Shown here: piece after piece, positions 9,586 to 19,072 of the stretch
How positions within the stretch are numbered: the first letter of the stretch is position 1
Layout of the letters: each line of letters starts with the position of its first letter
DNA from: Minisyncoccota bacterium
Lineage (GTDB): Bacteria > Patescibacteriota > Minisyncoccia > Phycocordibacterales > CAIZLB01
Reading direction: 5' to 3'
NCBI GenBank assembly: GCA_021734945.1
Contig: JAIPIA010000001.1
Location: forward strand, 244,415-308,414
DNA: 64,000 nucleotides
Notes under the pieces: model-generated
What the model saw: only the letters and a program-made list of their open reading frames with translations
What the model was told of the DNA's origin: nothing
Database searches by the model: none
Position numbers and translations under genes: made by a program

Positions 9586-11151
9586 TTAATTCACAGGCAA
9601 AACAATGTTAAAAGTAGATCCCTTACTCTCTCCTTCTGACTCAGCCCAGATTCGTCCTTTGTGTTTTTCGATTATATCCTTGGCAATAAAAAGTCCGATT
9701 CCCATACCTTCAGTATCTATGTGCCGCGCATTCACTGCTCTGAAGAATTTTGAGAATACATGTGGGACGTCGTCCATCTTGATACCAATACCAGAATCTT
9801 TAAATGAAATATGAATCTCTCCATCTTTTTTTGTAACTGAAACAGTTATTGAGCCACCTTGAGGTGTATATTTGAGAGAATTTTCAAATATAATTTGTAA
9901 TGCAAATTGTAAGCGTGCTTTATCCGCATGAATTACATCTATTGCAGGGTCGATTTCAAAATGAACTACAAGATTCTTTTGTTCCACTTCATCTTTGTGT
10001 GCTTTATCAATATCTTGTATTAAATCCTTAACACTAACTTCACCAAATCTGTACAAAGCAAGGTCGTTTGTATTTTTTGAAGCACCGATTACAGCACTTG
10101 TAAGTTCAAAAAGTCTCATACTGGCAAATTGGATTTGATCGACAGCTTTTATTCTATCTTCTCGATTATCCATGTCTCGAAATTCTTCAGCTAGCCATCG
10201 GATGTGTGTAAGTGGAGTACGAAATTTGTGACTAATGTTGTTAATGAATTCATATTTGAGGAGATCGGCTTGGCGTAATTGATTCCAAATAGTGATTCCA
10301 ACAAAAAGTACCAGTAATGCTGAGATAAGTGGCAAAATCCAGATTGGAAAATCAGTATATAGGACACTGAAATAATTGTTGAGCAAATTTACGGCAATAA
10401 TAGAGCCACCAATAAAAACAAGAAAGAAACTATACAGGAAAGTGCTTTTAATTGCTACATTTATGTTAAGCAAATCATATTTGTAAACACCATAAGCTAA
10501 CGGAAGTGTATATAAACCCATCAGCGGTGTTAATACCATGAGATTAACGCCATACGGCACGTTCAAAATCACCATATATATAGGTAATGACCACAAATAG
10601 CCCCACCCAAACCCTGCAAAGAAGTATTTGAGTCGGTTCTGTTCATTAGCATCTACTCGCTTATAGTGTTTTATGAGTATTGAAAAGAAGTAGATAATTA
10701 CAACAAAAAAGAAAACCATGTACATCCAGTAGTATGGGCCGGGTACAAAAAAGTTTGGAAAGTATCCTTTGGGTGCAGATACTAGTCTAAAGTTGTATGA
10801 ATCTAGGGCGTACGAGACGTACATCAAGATGAGAGCGCTATACATTACCACAAGACCTTTTGTGTGTTCTTTCACAATATTGAAAGTTGAGAAAGCCAAG
10901 TGTGCGTTGAAACATGGTGTTGTAGCTGCAACCATCATTAAAAATGCAAAAATAGATGAAGAGTGTGAGTCTTGAATATTTACAGCTAGTAAATAGACAA
11001 TGCAATATGCGAAATATGAAAGCCCGGTAAGGAAAATAAGTTGGTAACTACGCTTATGAACTCCCTTCATTAAAATAAAGAAGGCTAAAATCACACTAAT
11101 CAATCCTGAACATATATATCCAAAGTTATGAATTAAAAGTTCTATTGGCAT
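9586..11151 (-). CDS. Membrane sensor histidine kinase (multi-TM N-terminus, HisKA + HATPase), paralog A
   Basis: H-box ISHKFRTPL, N-box ENSLKYT, G1 DSGIGI, F-box VFSKFFR, G2 GMGIGL. Confidence 0.9.
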   Translation of the reverse strand: MPIELLIHNFGYICSGLISVILAFFILMKGVHKRSYQLIFLTGLSYFAYCIVYLLAVNIQDSHSSSIFAFLMMVAATTPCFNAHLAFSTFNIVKEHTKGLVVMYSALILMYVSYALDSYNFRLVSAPKGYFPNFFVPGPYYWMYMVFFFVVIIYFFSILIKHYKRVDANEQNRLKYFFAGFGWGYLWSLPIYMVILNVPYGVNLMVLTPLMGLYTLPLAYGVYKYDLLNINVAIKSTFLYSFFLVFIGGSIIAVNLLNNYFSVLYTDFPIWILPLISALLVLFVGITIWNQLRQADLLKYEFINNISHKFRTPLTHIRWLAEEFRDMDNREDRIKAVDQIQFASMRLFELTSAVIGASKNTNDLALYRFGEVSVKDLIQDIDKAHKDEVEQKNLVVHFEIDPAIDVIHADKARLQFALQIIFENSLKYTPQGGSITVSVTKKDGEIHISFKDSGIGIKMDDVPHVFSKFFRAVNARHIDTEGMGIGLFIAKDIIEKHKGRIWAESEGESKGSTFNIVLPVN

Positions 11152-11197
11152 TATAGTTGTAGTACTACTTTTATGTAGTTACATTATAAACTAGAAA

Positions 11198-12757
11198 CTA
11201 TACAATCGGCAATGCAACACTAAATACAGAGCCTTTATTTTCACCATAAGATTCTACCCAAATTCGCCCATTATGCTTTTCAATAATATTTTTTGCCATA
11301 AATAACCCAATTCCCATACCCTCAGTATCTGCATGTCTAGCATTTTGACTACGATAAAATTTTGAAAATACATGTGGTAAATCAGCAGCGTTTATACCAA
11401 TACCGCTATCTTTAATACTAACAATTACTTCCCCACCAATTTGTCTTACTTTTACTTCGATAGTACCGCCTTCTGGAGTATATATAAGAGCATTTTCATA
11501 CATAATTTGTAGAGCAAATTGTAGTCTTGTTTTGTCAGCTTTGACCTTAGGTACGTTTGGTCCTATATCTATGTGAACTTTTAATAATTTATGGCTAATT
11601 TGATCATTGTGAGAATCACTTATTTCTTTAAAGATATTTGAGATACCTACACTTGTGAAGTGATATAGATACAAATCATTATTGCTCTGTGAAGCATCAA
11701 TAACAATATTTGTAAGCTCAAAAAGTCTCATACTTGCAAATTGTATCTGTTCAACAGCCTTGCTTCGCTCTTCTTCTGTTCGTATATCACGTAGATCTTC
11801 TGCCAACCATCTTATATGCGTAAGTGGAGTACGAAATTTGTGACTAATGTTGTTAATGAATTCATATTTGAGGAGATCGGCCTCACGGATTTGCCTCCAA
11901 ACAAATAAACTTACAAGCATCACTGTTATTCCAGATACAAGTGGAAGAATCCAGATTGGAAAATCGTCGTATGTAGCCGTTAGATAATTATTAAAAATAT
12001 TAACAAAGACTATAGCTACTCCAATAAATAATGAATAGAAGGCATAAATTAGTGCATTTTTAGCTGCAATATGAATATCTATGATGTCATATTTAAAAAC
12101 TCCATATGCAAGCGGTATTGAATAAAGGCCAATGAGAGAGATATACAGAGGGTCGATTTCTATTACCCCAAAAATAGTTGAAAAAAGAATACCAGCCATC
12201 AGGTAAGCCCAACCAAACGCAAGAAAAAAATACTTTAGACGATTTTTCTCTGCTGGCTCAGCTTTTTTGTAAAGTCCAACTATCCCACTGAAAAAATAAA
12301 TAACCACTAAGAAGAAATAAGTTGTAAACAACCAGTAATATCGTCCAGGTGTATAGTAATTTTCTAAGTAGTGGTAAGAGGTTGAAAGTTCCAAAAAACG
12401 AGAAATATCTGTAGTAAAGAAAATAATTAGAGCTATACCTGAAGTATACATAACTCGAAGCCCAAGTTTATGCTCTTTTACTTTGTTAAACATTGCAAAT
12501 GCCAAGTGTGCATTAAAACAAACTGTAAGGATGGTTATAAGTGTAAATCCTAAATAAAACCTTGATTCGTAAGGATCAGGAGTATTAACACCTAATAAAT
12601 ATAGAAAAACATAAGCTACAAAGGTAAGACTTGTGATTCCAAAAAGAATATTTGGGAGTTTTGTCTTTCCTCTTACAAAAACAATAATTGCCAGTATAAG
12701 ACCCAAAAGTGCTCCTGCTATAAAGGCTAGATTATGTACGAATAGTTCAATTTCCAT
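11198..12757 (-). CDS. Membrane sensor histidine kinase, paralog B
   Basis: Same architecture and H-box as paralog A; ENALIYT, DSGIGI, GMGIGL. Confidence 0.9.
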   Translation of the reverse strand: MEIELFVHNLAFIAGALLGLILAIIVFVRGKTKLPNILFGITSLTFVAYVFLYLLGVNTPDPYESRFYLGFTLITILTVCFNAHLAFAMFNKVKEHKLGLRVMYTSGIALIIFFTTDISRFLELSTSYHYLENYYTPGRYYWLFTTYFFLVVIYFFSGIVGLYKKAEPAEKNRLKYFFLAFGWAYLMAGILFSTIFGVIEIDPLYISLIGLYSIPLAYGVFKYDIIDIHIAAKNALIYAFYSLFIGVAIVFVNIFNNYLTATYDDFPIWILPLVSGITVMLVSLFVWRQIREADLLKYEFINNISHKFRTPLTHIRWLAEDLRDIRTEEERSKAVEQIQFASMRLFELTNIVIDASQSNNDLYLYHFTSVGISNIFKEISDSHNDQISHKLLKVHIDIGPNVPKVKADKTRLQFALQIMYENALIYTPEGGTIEVKVRQIGGEVIVSIKDSGIGINAADLPHVFSKFYRSQNARHADTEGMGIGLFMAKNIIEKHNGRIWVESYGENKGSVFSVALPIV

Positions 12758-12780
12758 GGGTTATTAGTATACTATGATTT

Positions 12781-14178
12781 TTAGAATATATCCTGTGGAT
12801 AGGAACCCTTTTTATAAATTATAGGCTTATTTTTCTTACTAATTTTTGATATTCGTTTTACTTTTTCAATAAAGGCCCAACCAGACTTTATCTGCCTAAA
12901 ATCAATAAATCTATTTGGATTATAGTTGAATGCATCCATGAAAATTTGTTCATACGCATCCCTCTCTCCATATCCATTTACAAGAATTTCAATTGGTTCA
13001 GCCAACAAATTGGTTTTTACAGATTTTGACGCCTTACCAGATTTCTTGGGTGAACAAACAGGATGCAGCTTAATAGACGCCCCAGCTTCTTTGAGAGCCT
13101 TTCCTCCTACAAGCTCAATTGAAACGTCAGACCATCTTTTTGAAATAATGCTTGTACTTTTTTTAAGATTAGCAAAAATTCTAAAGAAAGTTTCTGTAGT
13201 TGAATCCTCCTTAACCCCTTGAGTTTTAGTAAAGGAGTCATATTGTCCAAGAATTGGTTTGTACTTTTGTTGCTTTGGAATCTCAAGAAGTGACAGAGCC
13301 TCACCTCTAAGTTGAGCCAGAGTAAACTGCTTATTTGTAGTAGTACAGTAAGACATCTCAGGAATAGCTAGTGTCGTAGCAAGCATATGCAAAATATGAT
13401 TTTGCCCGATGTCAGATAAAGCACCCACCGAATCGTAAAATATTCCCCTATTTGAAACATCAATAGATTCATTAAGCTGTACTTCGATTTTGCTGATAGT
13501 TTGATTACAGAGAATGTGTTTAAAAATACCTTGGCTTGCAACTGCCTCTATCTCTACTAACGCTTGTTTACCTGCATAGTGGTCAACTCTCAATATCTGG
13601 CTTTCGTGAAGTTTATGTGTCAAAAAGGCATCCAGTTTTTCTGAAGACGCAGTATTTGATCCGTATGGTTTTTCGAGCGCAAGTTTTCTATTTGAGATTT
13701 TGACAGACTTAATCAAATCCGGGGCCTTTTTAATAACACCACTTGATAGTAACAAATGTGCTACTTGATATTGATACATTGGAGGCAAGGACACATATAT
13801 AACGGTGTTTGACGCCTCCAATAAGGAAGCCAATTTTTTGTAGCCAGATATATCGTCTAATTCAGATTCAACATATGACCACTGGGCTGAGAAATTGCGG
13901 ATCTGGTTTTTGTGGGCAGTGTATGATTCATCATCTGAAGTACTATTTTTTTTCGCGCTCTTGTGTTTTTTACTTACACTTTCAATTTTTGAAAAATAAG
14001 AAACTAATACGTCTTCAATAAAAGCCTGAAATTCAATTTTTGAAAAGTTTCTTCGCCCAAAGCCAATAAATGAGCTTTTCTTGTCTATTTTCCGTGTGCT
14101 ATACAGGTTATATAGTGCAGGTATAAGTTTCAGCTTAGCCAGGTCACCTGTAACACCAAATAATACTAGTTCATTCAT
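12781..14178 (-). CDS. zwf: Glucose-6-phosphate dehydrogenase-like protein (divergent)
   Basis: FGVTGDLA, EKPYG, RVDHYAGK, YD..GAL.D.GQNH; C-terminal domain shortened. Start at MNELV, 9 nt after a TATACT box. Confidence 0.8.
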   Translation of the reverse strand: MNELVLFGVTGDLAKLKLIPALYNLYSTRKIDKKSSFIGFGRRNFSKIEFQAFIEDVLVSYFSKIESVSKKHKSAKKNSTSDDESYTAHKNQIRNFSAQWSYVESELDDISGYKKLASLLEASNTVIYVSLPPMYQYQVAHLLLSSGVIKKAPDLIKSVKISNRKLALEKPYGSNTASSEKLDAFLTHKLHESQILRVDHYAGKQALVEIEAVASQGIFKHILCNQTISKIEVQLNESIDVSNRGIFYDSVGALSDIGQNHILHMLATTLAIPEMSYCTTTNKQFTLAQLRGEALSLLEIPKQQKYKPILGQYDSFTKTQGVKEDSTTETFFRIFANLKKSTSIISKRWSDVSIELVGGKALKEAGASIKLHPVCSPKKSGKASKSVKTNLLAEPIEILVNGYGERDAYEQIFMDAFNYNPNRFIDFRQIKSGWAFIEKVKRISKISKKNKPIIYKKGSYPQDIF

Positions 14179-14277
14179 AATTGTTTCAGTATACACCACT
14201 CAAAATTGAATATCCCCAGTTCTTAAAACATCATTTTAAGATGACTAGTATCAATATATTGCCTCAGTGATAAAGAA

Positions 14278-15624
14278 CTAGTTAGAAGTAGTTGTACTGT
14301 CAGTTGAAGAAGCTGTAGCATCAAGAGTTGATGAGGCAGCCGTTATTTCTGTAGAAGTAGCAGTAACTTGTGGATCAGCGTGCAAGAAATTTGGCTGAGA
14401 AAGTGCATCGTTAATGAGCTTAGTAAGAGCTGGGTCAGATGAATATTCTGCAGTTATAAGAGTTTCTGCGTCAATGAGGTATTGGCTTGCTTTTTGTATA
14501 TCCATCAAAGCATCAGAGTATGAACTTGAAGCAACTTTTTGAGAAGCAGACGAAACAAGTGCATCAGATTCCGCAATGTATGAAAGTGATGTAGATGCTC
14601 GAGCAGAAGATGAAATAGGAGTAGTACTTGCTATTCGTTTAATTTCAATAGACTTAAGTTTAATTTCCATAAGTCGAGCTAGTATTTTATCTTTATTTTG
14701 AGAATCGTCTTTTACTTCTGTTTCTTGCAATAGTGCACGTGCAGCTGTTGTCGTAGCAATTTGGCTTTTAATAGTAGCAATAAGTGCTGCTATGTGAGTA
14801 GTATCTGAAGCAACCGCTATCTTAGACACAGCAACAGTACTTGTAGAAAATTCATCTGTAGTTGAAGCCGTAGTCGAAGCTTGCTTACTCATTGCTAAAG
14901 CGACGCCAATACTCGTTGAAGCAGTATCATTAGTCTGACCTGAAATTTTTTCTAAAATAAGCTCATGAGCTCGGAGTGAAGATTCAAAATTGAGACTAAT
15001 CTCCTGTGCTGCTCTAATATCTTTTGTAGAGACTAGTGAAGCTACCTGGTTTTTGATCTGGCCAGCCTGTTTGAGAAGTTGATTTTGGATAATAGAACTT
15101 GTTTCAGCATTCAAAAGTCCCTTTGATGAAAGAAGAGCTACCTCCTTGAGACGTCTATCAGTAATTTCAAGAGCGAATTTTGCTTTCGCTTCTGGAGTTA
15201 TTGCAGTAAAGCTTCGAACCTGTTCATTGAGTCCGATTTTTACTGGATATAGAAGTTCACCTGGCAAAGCTTTTTCTGCCGCGAGAGACGTACCACCTGT
15301 CGCCAAAAGAAGTAGTGCAAAAGAAAGGGCGGGCACAAACTTTTTCTCCATAAAATATGAATACCATGCACTCTTGAGAGATGTAGTTACTGAAAGGTCG
15401 TGCTTGCCAACCTCAACGATACGTCCCAGATTTGTTGAAAACTCATGTGCAGCCTCAATCTTTTCAATAGTTGACCAAGAACGCATAAGAACCTCAGATT
15501 TTTCATCTGCTGTCATTTTTACATTCTGTAAATCCTCTATTAAGTTGTTAAGTTTGTGGTGCTTCATTTGGTTTGTTTGAAAACTATTGCTTCTCGAAGA
15601 GGTCTTGAAGTTCTTTGAGAGCAC
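14278..15624 (-). CDS. DUF5667-like membrane-anchored protein, probable anti-sigma partner
   Basis: TM followed by AAEKALPGELLYPVK..NE; Ser/Thr-rich helical C-terminus; directly downstream of the ECF sigma. True start may be MKHHK. Confidence 0.7.
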   Translation of the reverse strand: MLSKNFKTSSRSNSFQTNQMKHHKLNNLIEDLQNVKMTADEKSEVLMRSWSTIEKIEAAHEFSTNLGRIVEVGKHDLSVTTSLKSAWYSYFMEKKFVPALSFALLLLATGGTSLAAEKALPGELLYPVKIGLNEQVRSFTAITPEAKAKFALEITDRRLKEVALLSSKGLLNAETSSIIQNQLLKQAGQIKNQVASLVSTKDIRAAQEISLNFESSLRAHELILEKISGQTNDTASTSIGVALAMSKQASTTASTTDEFSTSTVAVSKIAVASDTTHIAALIATIKSQIATTTAARALLQETEVKDDSQNKDKILARLMEIKLKSIEIKRIASTTPISSSARASTSLSYIAESDALVSSASQKVASSSYSDALMDIQKASQYLIDAETLITAEYSSDPALTKLINDALSQPNFLHADPQVTATSTEITAASSTLDATASSTDSTTTSN

Positions 15625-16102
15625 GATGGATTTTTACGGACACTGTGTTCTCTCTTTCTTCAAGGACTTCGGATATCTCTTTTACCGATAATCCTTCGAC
15701 ATACCGGAGAAGGATAACCTCCCGTTCTTTTGGATTGAGCTTGTTTACGAGCTCAAGAGACCTCTTGCTGTCCAGACTTCGAATCATAGTGTGATGGTTC
15801 TCAGTGTCGGCGGGGTCAAATCCATCATCTTGAAGAATATCAAGTGATATCTCCTTCTTTTTGCGATAATTGTCAATAATAGCGTTATTTGCTATTCGAT
15901 ATAAAAATGCTTTTACGTTCTCAACCTGACCATCAGCTGCGATATATTCCCAAAATCTAACAAATGTATCTTGGACTATATCTTTGGCTTTTTCACGATC
16001 AGATAGCTTGAAAAACGAGAACCTAAACAAAGCATCAGAATGAAGCTCATATGCCTCGTGGAAGTCTTTTTTTAGTATTTCTATATGTTTCTTGTTCTGC
16101 AT
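15584..16102 (-). CDS. ECF RNA polymerase sigma factor
   Basis: DIVQDTF, AFLYRIANN..ID.YR, LRYVEGLS..EI, V.V.IHRA. Confidence 0.92.
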   Translation of the reverse strand: MQNKKHIEILKKDFHEAYELHSDALFRFSFFKLSDREKAKDIVQDTFVRFWEYIAADGQVENVKAFLYRIANNAIIDNYRKKKEISLDILQDDGFDPADTENHHTMIRSLDSKRSLELVNKLNPKEREVILLRYVEGLSVKEISEVLEERENTVSVKIHRALKELQDLFEKQ

Positions 16103-16157
16103 AACTAATGACGCGAAAAGCTCGCATTTATTACATCATTGGATATAATATTAACAT

Positions 16158-17126
16158 ATGAAGAAGCAAAGGGTAACTAAAACACCTAATTTACGTACAT
16201 CTTCACGCAAAGATGTAAAGGTGAGTAGATCACTCAAGCTCCTTTCTATTTTCATGCTTTTGGTAGTGTCTTTACTTATGACGGGAACAACAGCTTTTCT
16301 TTACAAGTTTGGTTTAGACCCTGTCGAATTCTATTCAAATATGGCCAATCCGTATATGAAATTGGTCAATGTTCCTGCAGGATTGCGACGAGAAGAAATA
16401 GCCTTAAAGTTCGCAAACATACTTTCTTGGGATCAATCGGATATAGACAGTTTTTTAAATACAGCACCCCGAGATGAAAGAGGTACTCTTGATGGTTATT
16501 ATCTTCCCGGCCCATATTGGGTAAAGATAACGGCAACAGGATCAGACGTAGCACACCAAATGCTTCGTAATTTTAATTCCAAAGTGTCAGATCAAATTTT
16601 GGCTGATTCTTTGAAAAAAAGTTCAGAGAATTCAAAATCCAGCGTTGTTTATAAAAAGATTAATCTCGATACAGCCGTACGAATAGCTTCTATTATTCAA
16701 AGAGAAGCAGCAGGAGGTGCAGACATGAATATAGTTTCTGGAGTTATATGGAATAGAATATTTAAAGGTATGTCGCTGGACATGGATGCAACATTGCAAT
16801 ATGTAAAAGCAAGTGAGCAAGAAAAGAATTTGGTAGCAGCGATTGCAAATGGAACTAGCTCTTCAACTTCAGACTCAATAATATGGTGGCCAAAAGTTGA
16901 AAGTAAAGACAAGTATATTGATTCCCCTTTTAACACATATCAAAATGAAGGTCTACCACCTACTGCGATTTCAAACCCAAGCCTCGCAGCCATAAAAGCT
17001 GCATTTAATCCAACAAAAACAGACTGCATATTTTATATACACGACAACAACAGAAATATACATTGCGCTACTACATATGCGGTACATAAACAGAACGTAC
17101 AGAAGTATTTGGTTGGAAAGAGGTAG
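16158..17126 (+). CDS. mltG: Endolytic transglycosylase MltG (second copy)
   Basis: GYYLPGPY, ASIIQRE (catalytic Glu), DSPFNTYQNEGLPPTAISNP. Confidence 0.88.
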   Translation: MKKQRVTKTPNLRTSSRKDVKVSRSLKLLSIFMLLVVSLLMTGTTAFLYKFGLDPVEFYSNMANPYMKLVNVPAGLRREEIALKFANILSWDQSDIDSFLNTAPRDERGTLDGYYLPGPYWVKITATGSDVAHQMLRNFNSKVSDQILADSLKKSSENSKSSVVYKKINLDTAVRIASIIQREAAGGADMNIVSGVIWNRIFKGMSLDMDATLQYVKASEQEKNLVAAIANGTSSSTSDSIIWWPKVESKDKYIDSPFNTYQNEGLPPTAISNPSLAAIKAAFNPTKTDCIFYIHDNNRNIHCATTYAVHKQNVQKYLVGKR

Positions 17127-17151
17127 AGATTAGACAAAAAAATAAAAACTT

Positions 17152-17174
17152 ACCCCGCATATTACTGCGGGGGT
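17152..17174. terminator. Intrinsic terminator between convergent genes
   Basis: ACCCCGCA-loop-TGCGGGG flanked by A and T tracts. Confidence 0.7.
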
Positions 17175-17223
17175 TTAAAGTTTGTAGATTATTTTGTTTA
17201 CTCAGAATTGCAGTTTTTGTAGT

Positions 17224-17784
17224 TTAAGGCTCTTTAAAAAACCACCTACTCCCTGCGTACCAAGTAAACGCCGCATTTTCTCGATGCCTGATTGCTTCGT
17301 TTTCTTCCTCGTGAATAATTGGATAGCCTCCAATCCCCCAACCTCTCCACTTTAAAGAATACTTTACATGGACAATATGACACTGAGGTTGTTCTTGATT
17401 GTCATTCACAAAGAAAAAGTTTTTTCGCCCATTCATGTCTAGTACATCAATTTCCATCTTTACTTGCTGAACAACCAGATTGTAGACATCGACTAACTGA
17501 ACAGGTTTAAGTCTTTCTTGTTGTGCTGACAGCAAAATTTGGCGTCCTAAGGCATTCTGACTCAACCTAAAAGGCAAAATCATATACTGAGCCTGTCTCG
17601 CTGGTTCACCTTTGTCACGTTCTCCTGTCATGAAGTTTTTTCGGAAGTAGTCGCCTACCCAAATCATATTTATTTCATGCCGTGGGTCGTTAATCTCAAA
17701 GTGATCAGAGGCCCAAAAGTCTATCTCAGTGCGTCTAGCTAAAAACGGCTGACCTTCTTGAATTATTAAATCAATACTCATCAC
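17224..17784 (-). CDS. Orphan hypothetical protein (186 aa)
   Basis: Own promoter (TTGACT-17-TATTTT) and GAAAGG SD; C-terminal W..G.R.F motif. Confidence 0.65.
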   Translation of the reverse strand: MMSIDLIIQEGQPFLARRTEIDFWASDHFEINDPRHEINMIWVGDYFRKNFMTGERDKGEPARQAQYMILPFRLSQNALGRQILLSAQQERLKPVQLVDVYNLVVQQVKMEIDVLDMNGRKNFFFVNDNQEQPQCHIVHVKYSLKWRGWGIGGYPIIHEEENEAIRHRENAAFTWYAGSRWFFKEP

Positions 17785-17872
17785 TCAAAGACCTTTCATT
17801 ACCCATTAAAGGGTTGTTAATTGTTTAGGATACTGACCTATGTCGCATCCCTTACTCCTCTTTCTAAACCAC

Positions 17873-17915
17873 AAAATACTACGTTCCTGGCTGAGAGTCA
17901 AAGACGTAGTATTTT
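17873..17915 (-). terminator. Inverted repeat downstream of nrdB that also contains a sigma70 promoter
   Basis: AAAATACTACGT...ACGTAGTATTTT enclosing TTGACT (17901-17896) and overlapping TATTTT (17878-17873). Confidence 0.55.
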
Positions 17916-17969
17916 TTTAATTAAATTTTTGAGGAATCGTTTCCTCTAATTCTGTGAATCTTTTTCCTC

Positions 17970-19001
17970 CTACTCCCCGCCCTGAGCTTTCTTTGCGTCT
18001 GCTGCATCTGATTCACTTGTGTTGTGAGCCTTTGTATCCACTTCGTATGAAGTGTTTTGTGCTTCAAAGAAGTTTACAAGCTCATACACATCAGTTGCTG
18101 TAGCCATCCATTTTGCTGGGTTAGCCGCATTGTAGTGCTTTTCGAGACCAAGTTCTTCGAGTCGTCGGTCAGCAACGTACTGCACATACTGATTTACATA
18201 GTCTGCATTAAGACCAAGAATTCCATTTGGAAAAAGGTCTTTGTTGTACGCAAGCTCTACATCAACACCATCAATGATAATTTGTTTAATCTCGTCAGCA
18301 AATTCTGGAGTCATAAGTTCCTCATTTTCCTCAAGAATGGTGTGGATGAGGTTGATACCGAACTTGAGGTGCAAACTTTCATCTCGAAGCACCCAGTTAA
18401 TCATAGAGGCAAAGTTTCGAAGTTGGTTTCGTTGTCGGAATGACATCACCACCATAAAGCCTGAGTAGAACCATGTCCCTTCCATTACAATGTTTGTAGC
18501 AACAAGGTTTCGTACAAAATCTTTTTTACCTTCAATAGTTTCAATATCGAGCTTCACATCTGTCATTCGTGTGAGGTATTTTTCAATATATGCCTCTTTT
18601 GCAACCATAGATGGAGTATTGAGATGATTGCCATATACTTTTTCTTTGTCGAATGGGAATGTTTCAAGTACATACTCGAATGATACGCAGTGGTTTGCTT
18701 CTTCAAACATCCATCGAGCCAAGAATAAATGAGCCTCAGGAGATTTTAGATATGGGTATAGACCTAGAGCCACAGAACGGTTTACCATAAGCTCTGCAGG
18801 GTTAAAGAATGACATAACAAACTCTACAGCATGTCGTTCGTCCTGTGTCATTTTAGCGAAATCTTGCAGGTCTTCTTTGAGAGCGATTTCATGTGGAAAC
18901 CAACTGTTTCGTACAGCTTGGTTATAGAGTTCATACGCCCATTTATATTTAATAGGATGAAGTGTTGTGTCTGTTGGTGAGGGTCGTCCGATGATTGCCA
19001 T
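17970..19001 (-). CDS. nrdB: Ribonucleotide reductase small subunit with class Ic (R2c) signature
   Basis: Ligand motifs FFNPAE, EEANH, MEGTWFYSGF, RDESLH; Phe at the radical-Tyr position; C-terminal NFFE...Y. Confidence 0.93.
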   Translation of the reverse strand: MAIIGRPSPTDTTLHPIKYKWAYELYNQAVRNSWFPHEIALKEDLQDFAKMTQDERHAVEFVMSFFNPAELMVNRSVALGLYPYLKSPEAHLFLARWMFEEANHCVSFEYVLETFPFDKEKVYGNHLNTPSMVAKEAYIEKYLTRMTDVKLDIETIEGKKDFVRNLVATNIVMEGTWFYSGFMVVMSFRQRNQLRNFASMINWVLRDESLHLKFGINLIHTILEENEELMTPEFADEIKQIIIDGVDVELAYNKDLFPNGILGLNADYVNQYVQYVADRRLEELGLEKHYNAANPAKWMATATDVYELVNFFEAQNTSYEVDTKAHNTSESDAADAKKAQGGE

Positions 19002-19072
19002 TTGATTTTGGTTATTGTTTATAATTTTTTAAATAATTTTAAGTAAAAATTTATTTACTTCAAGCTACGCTT

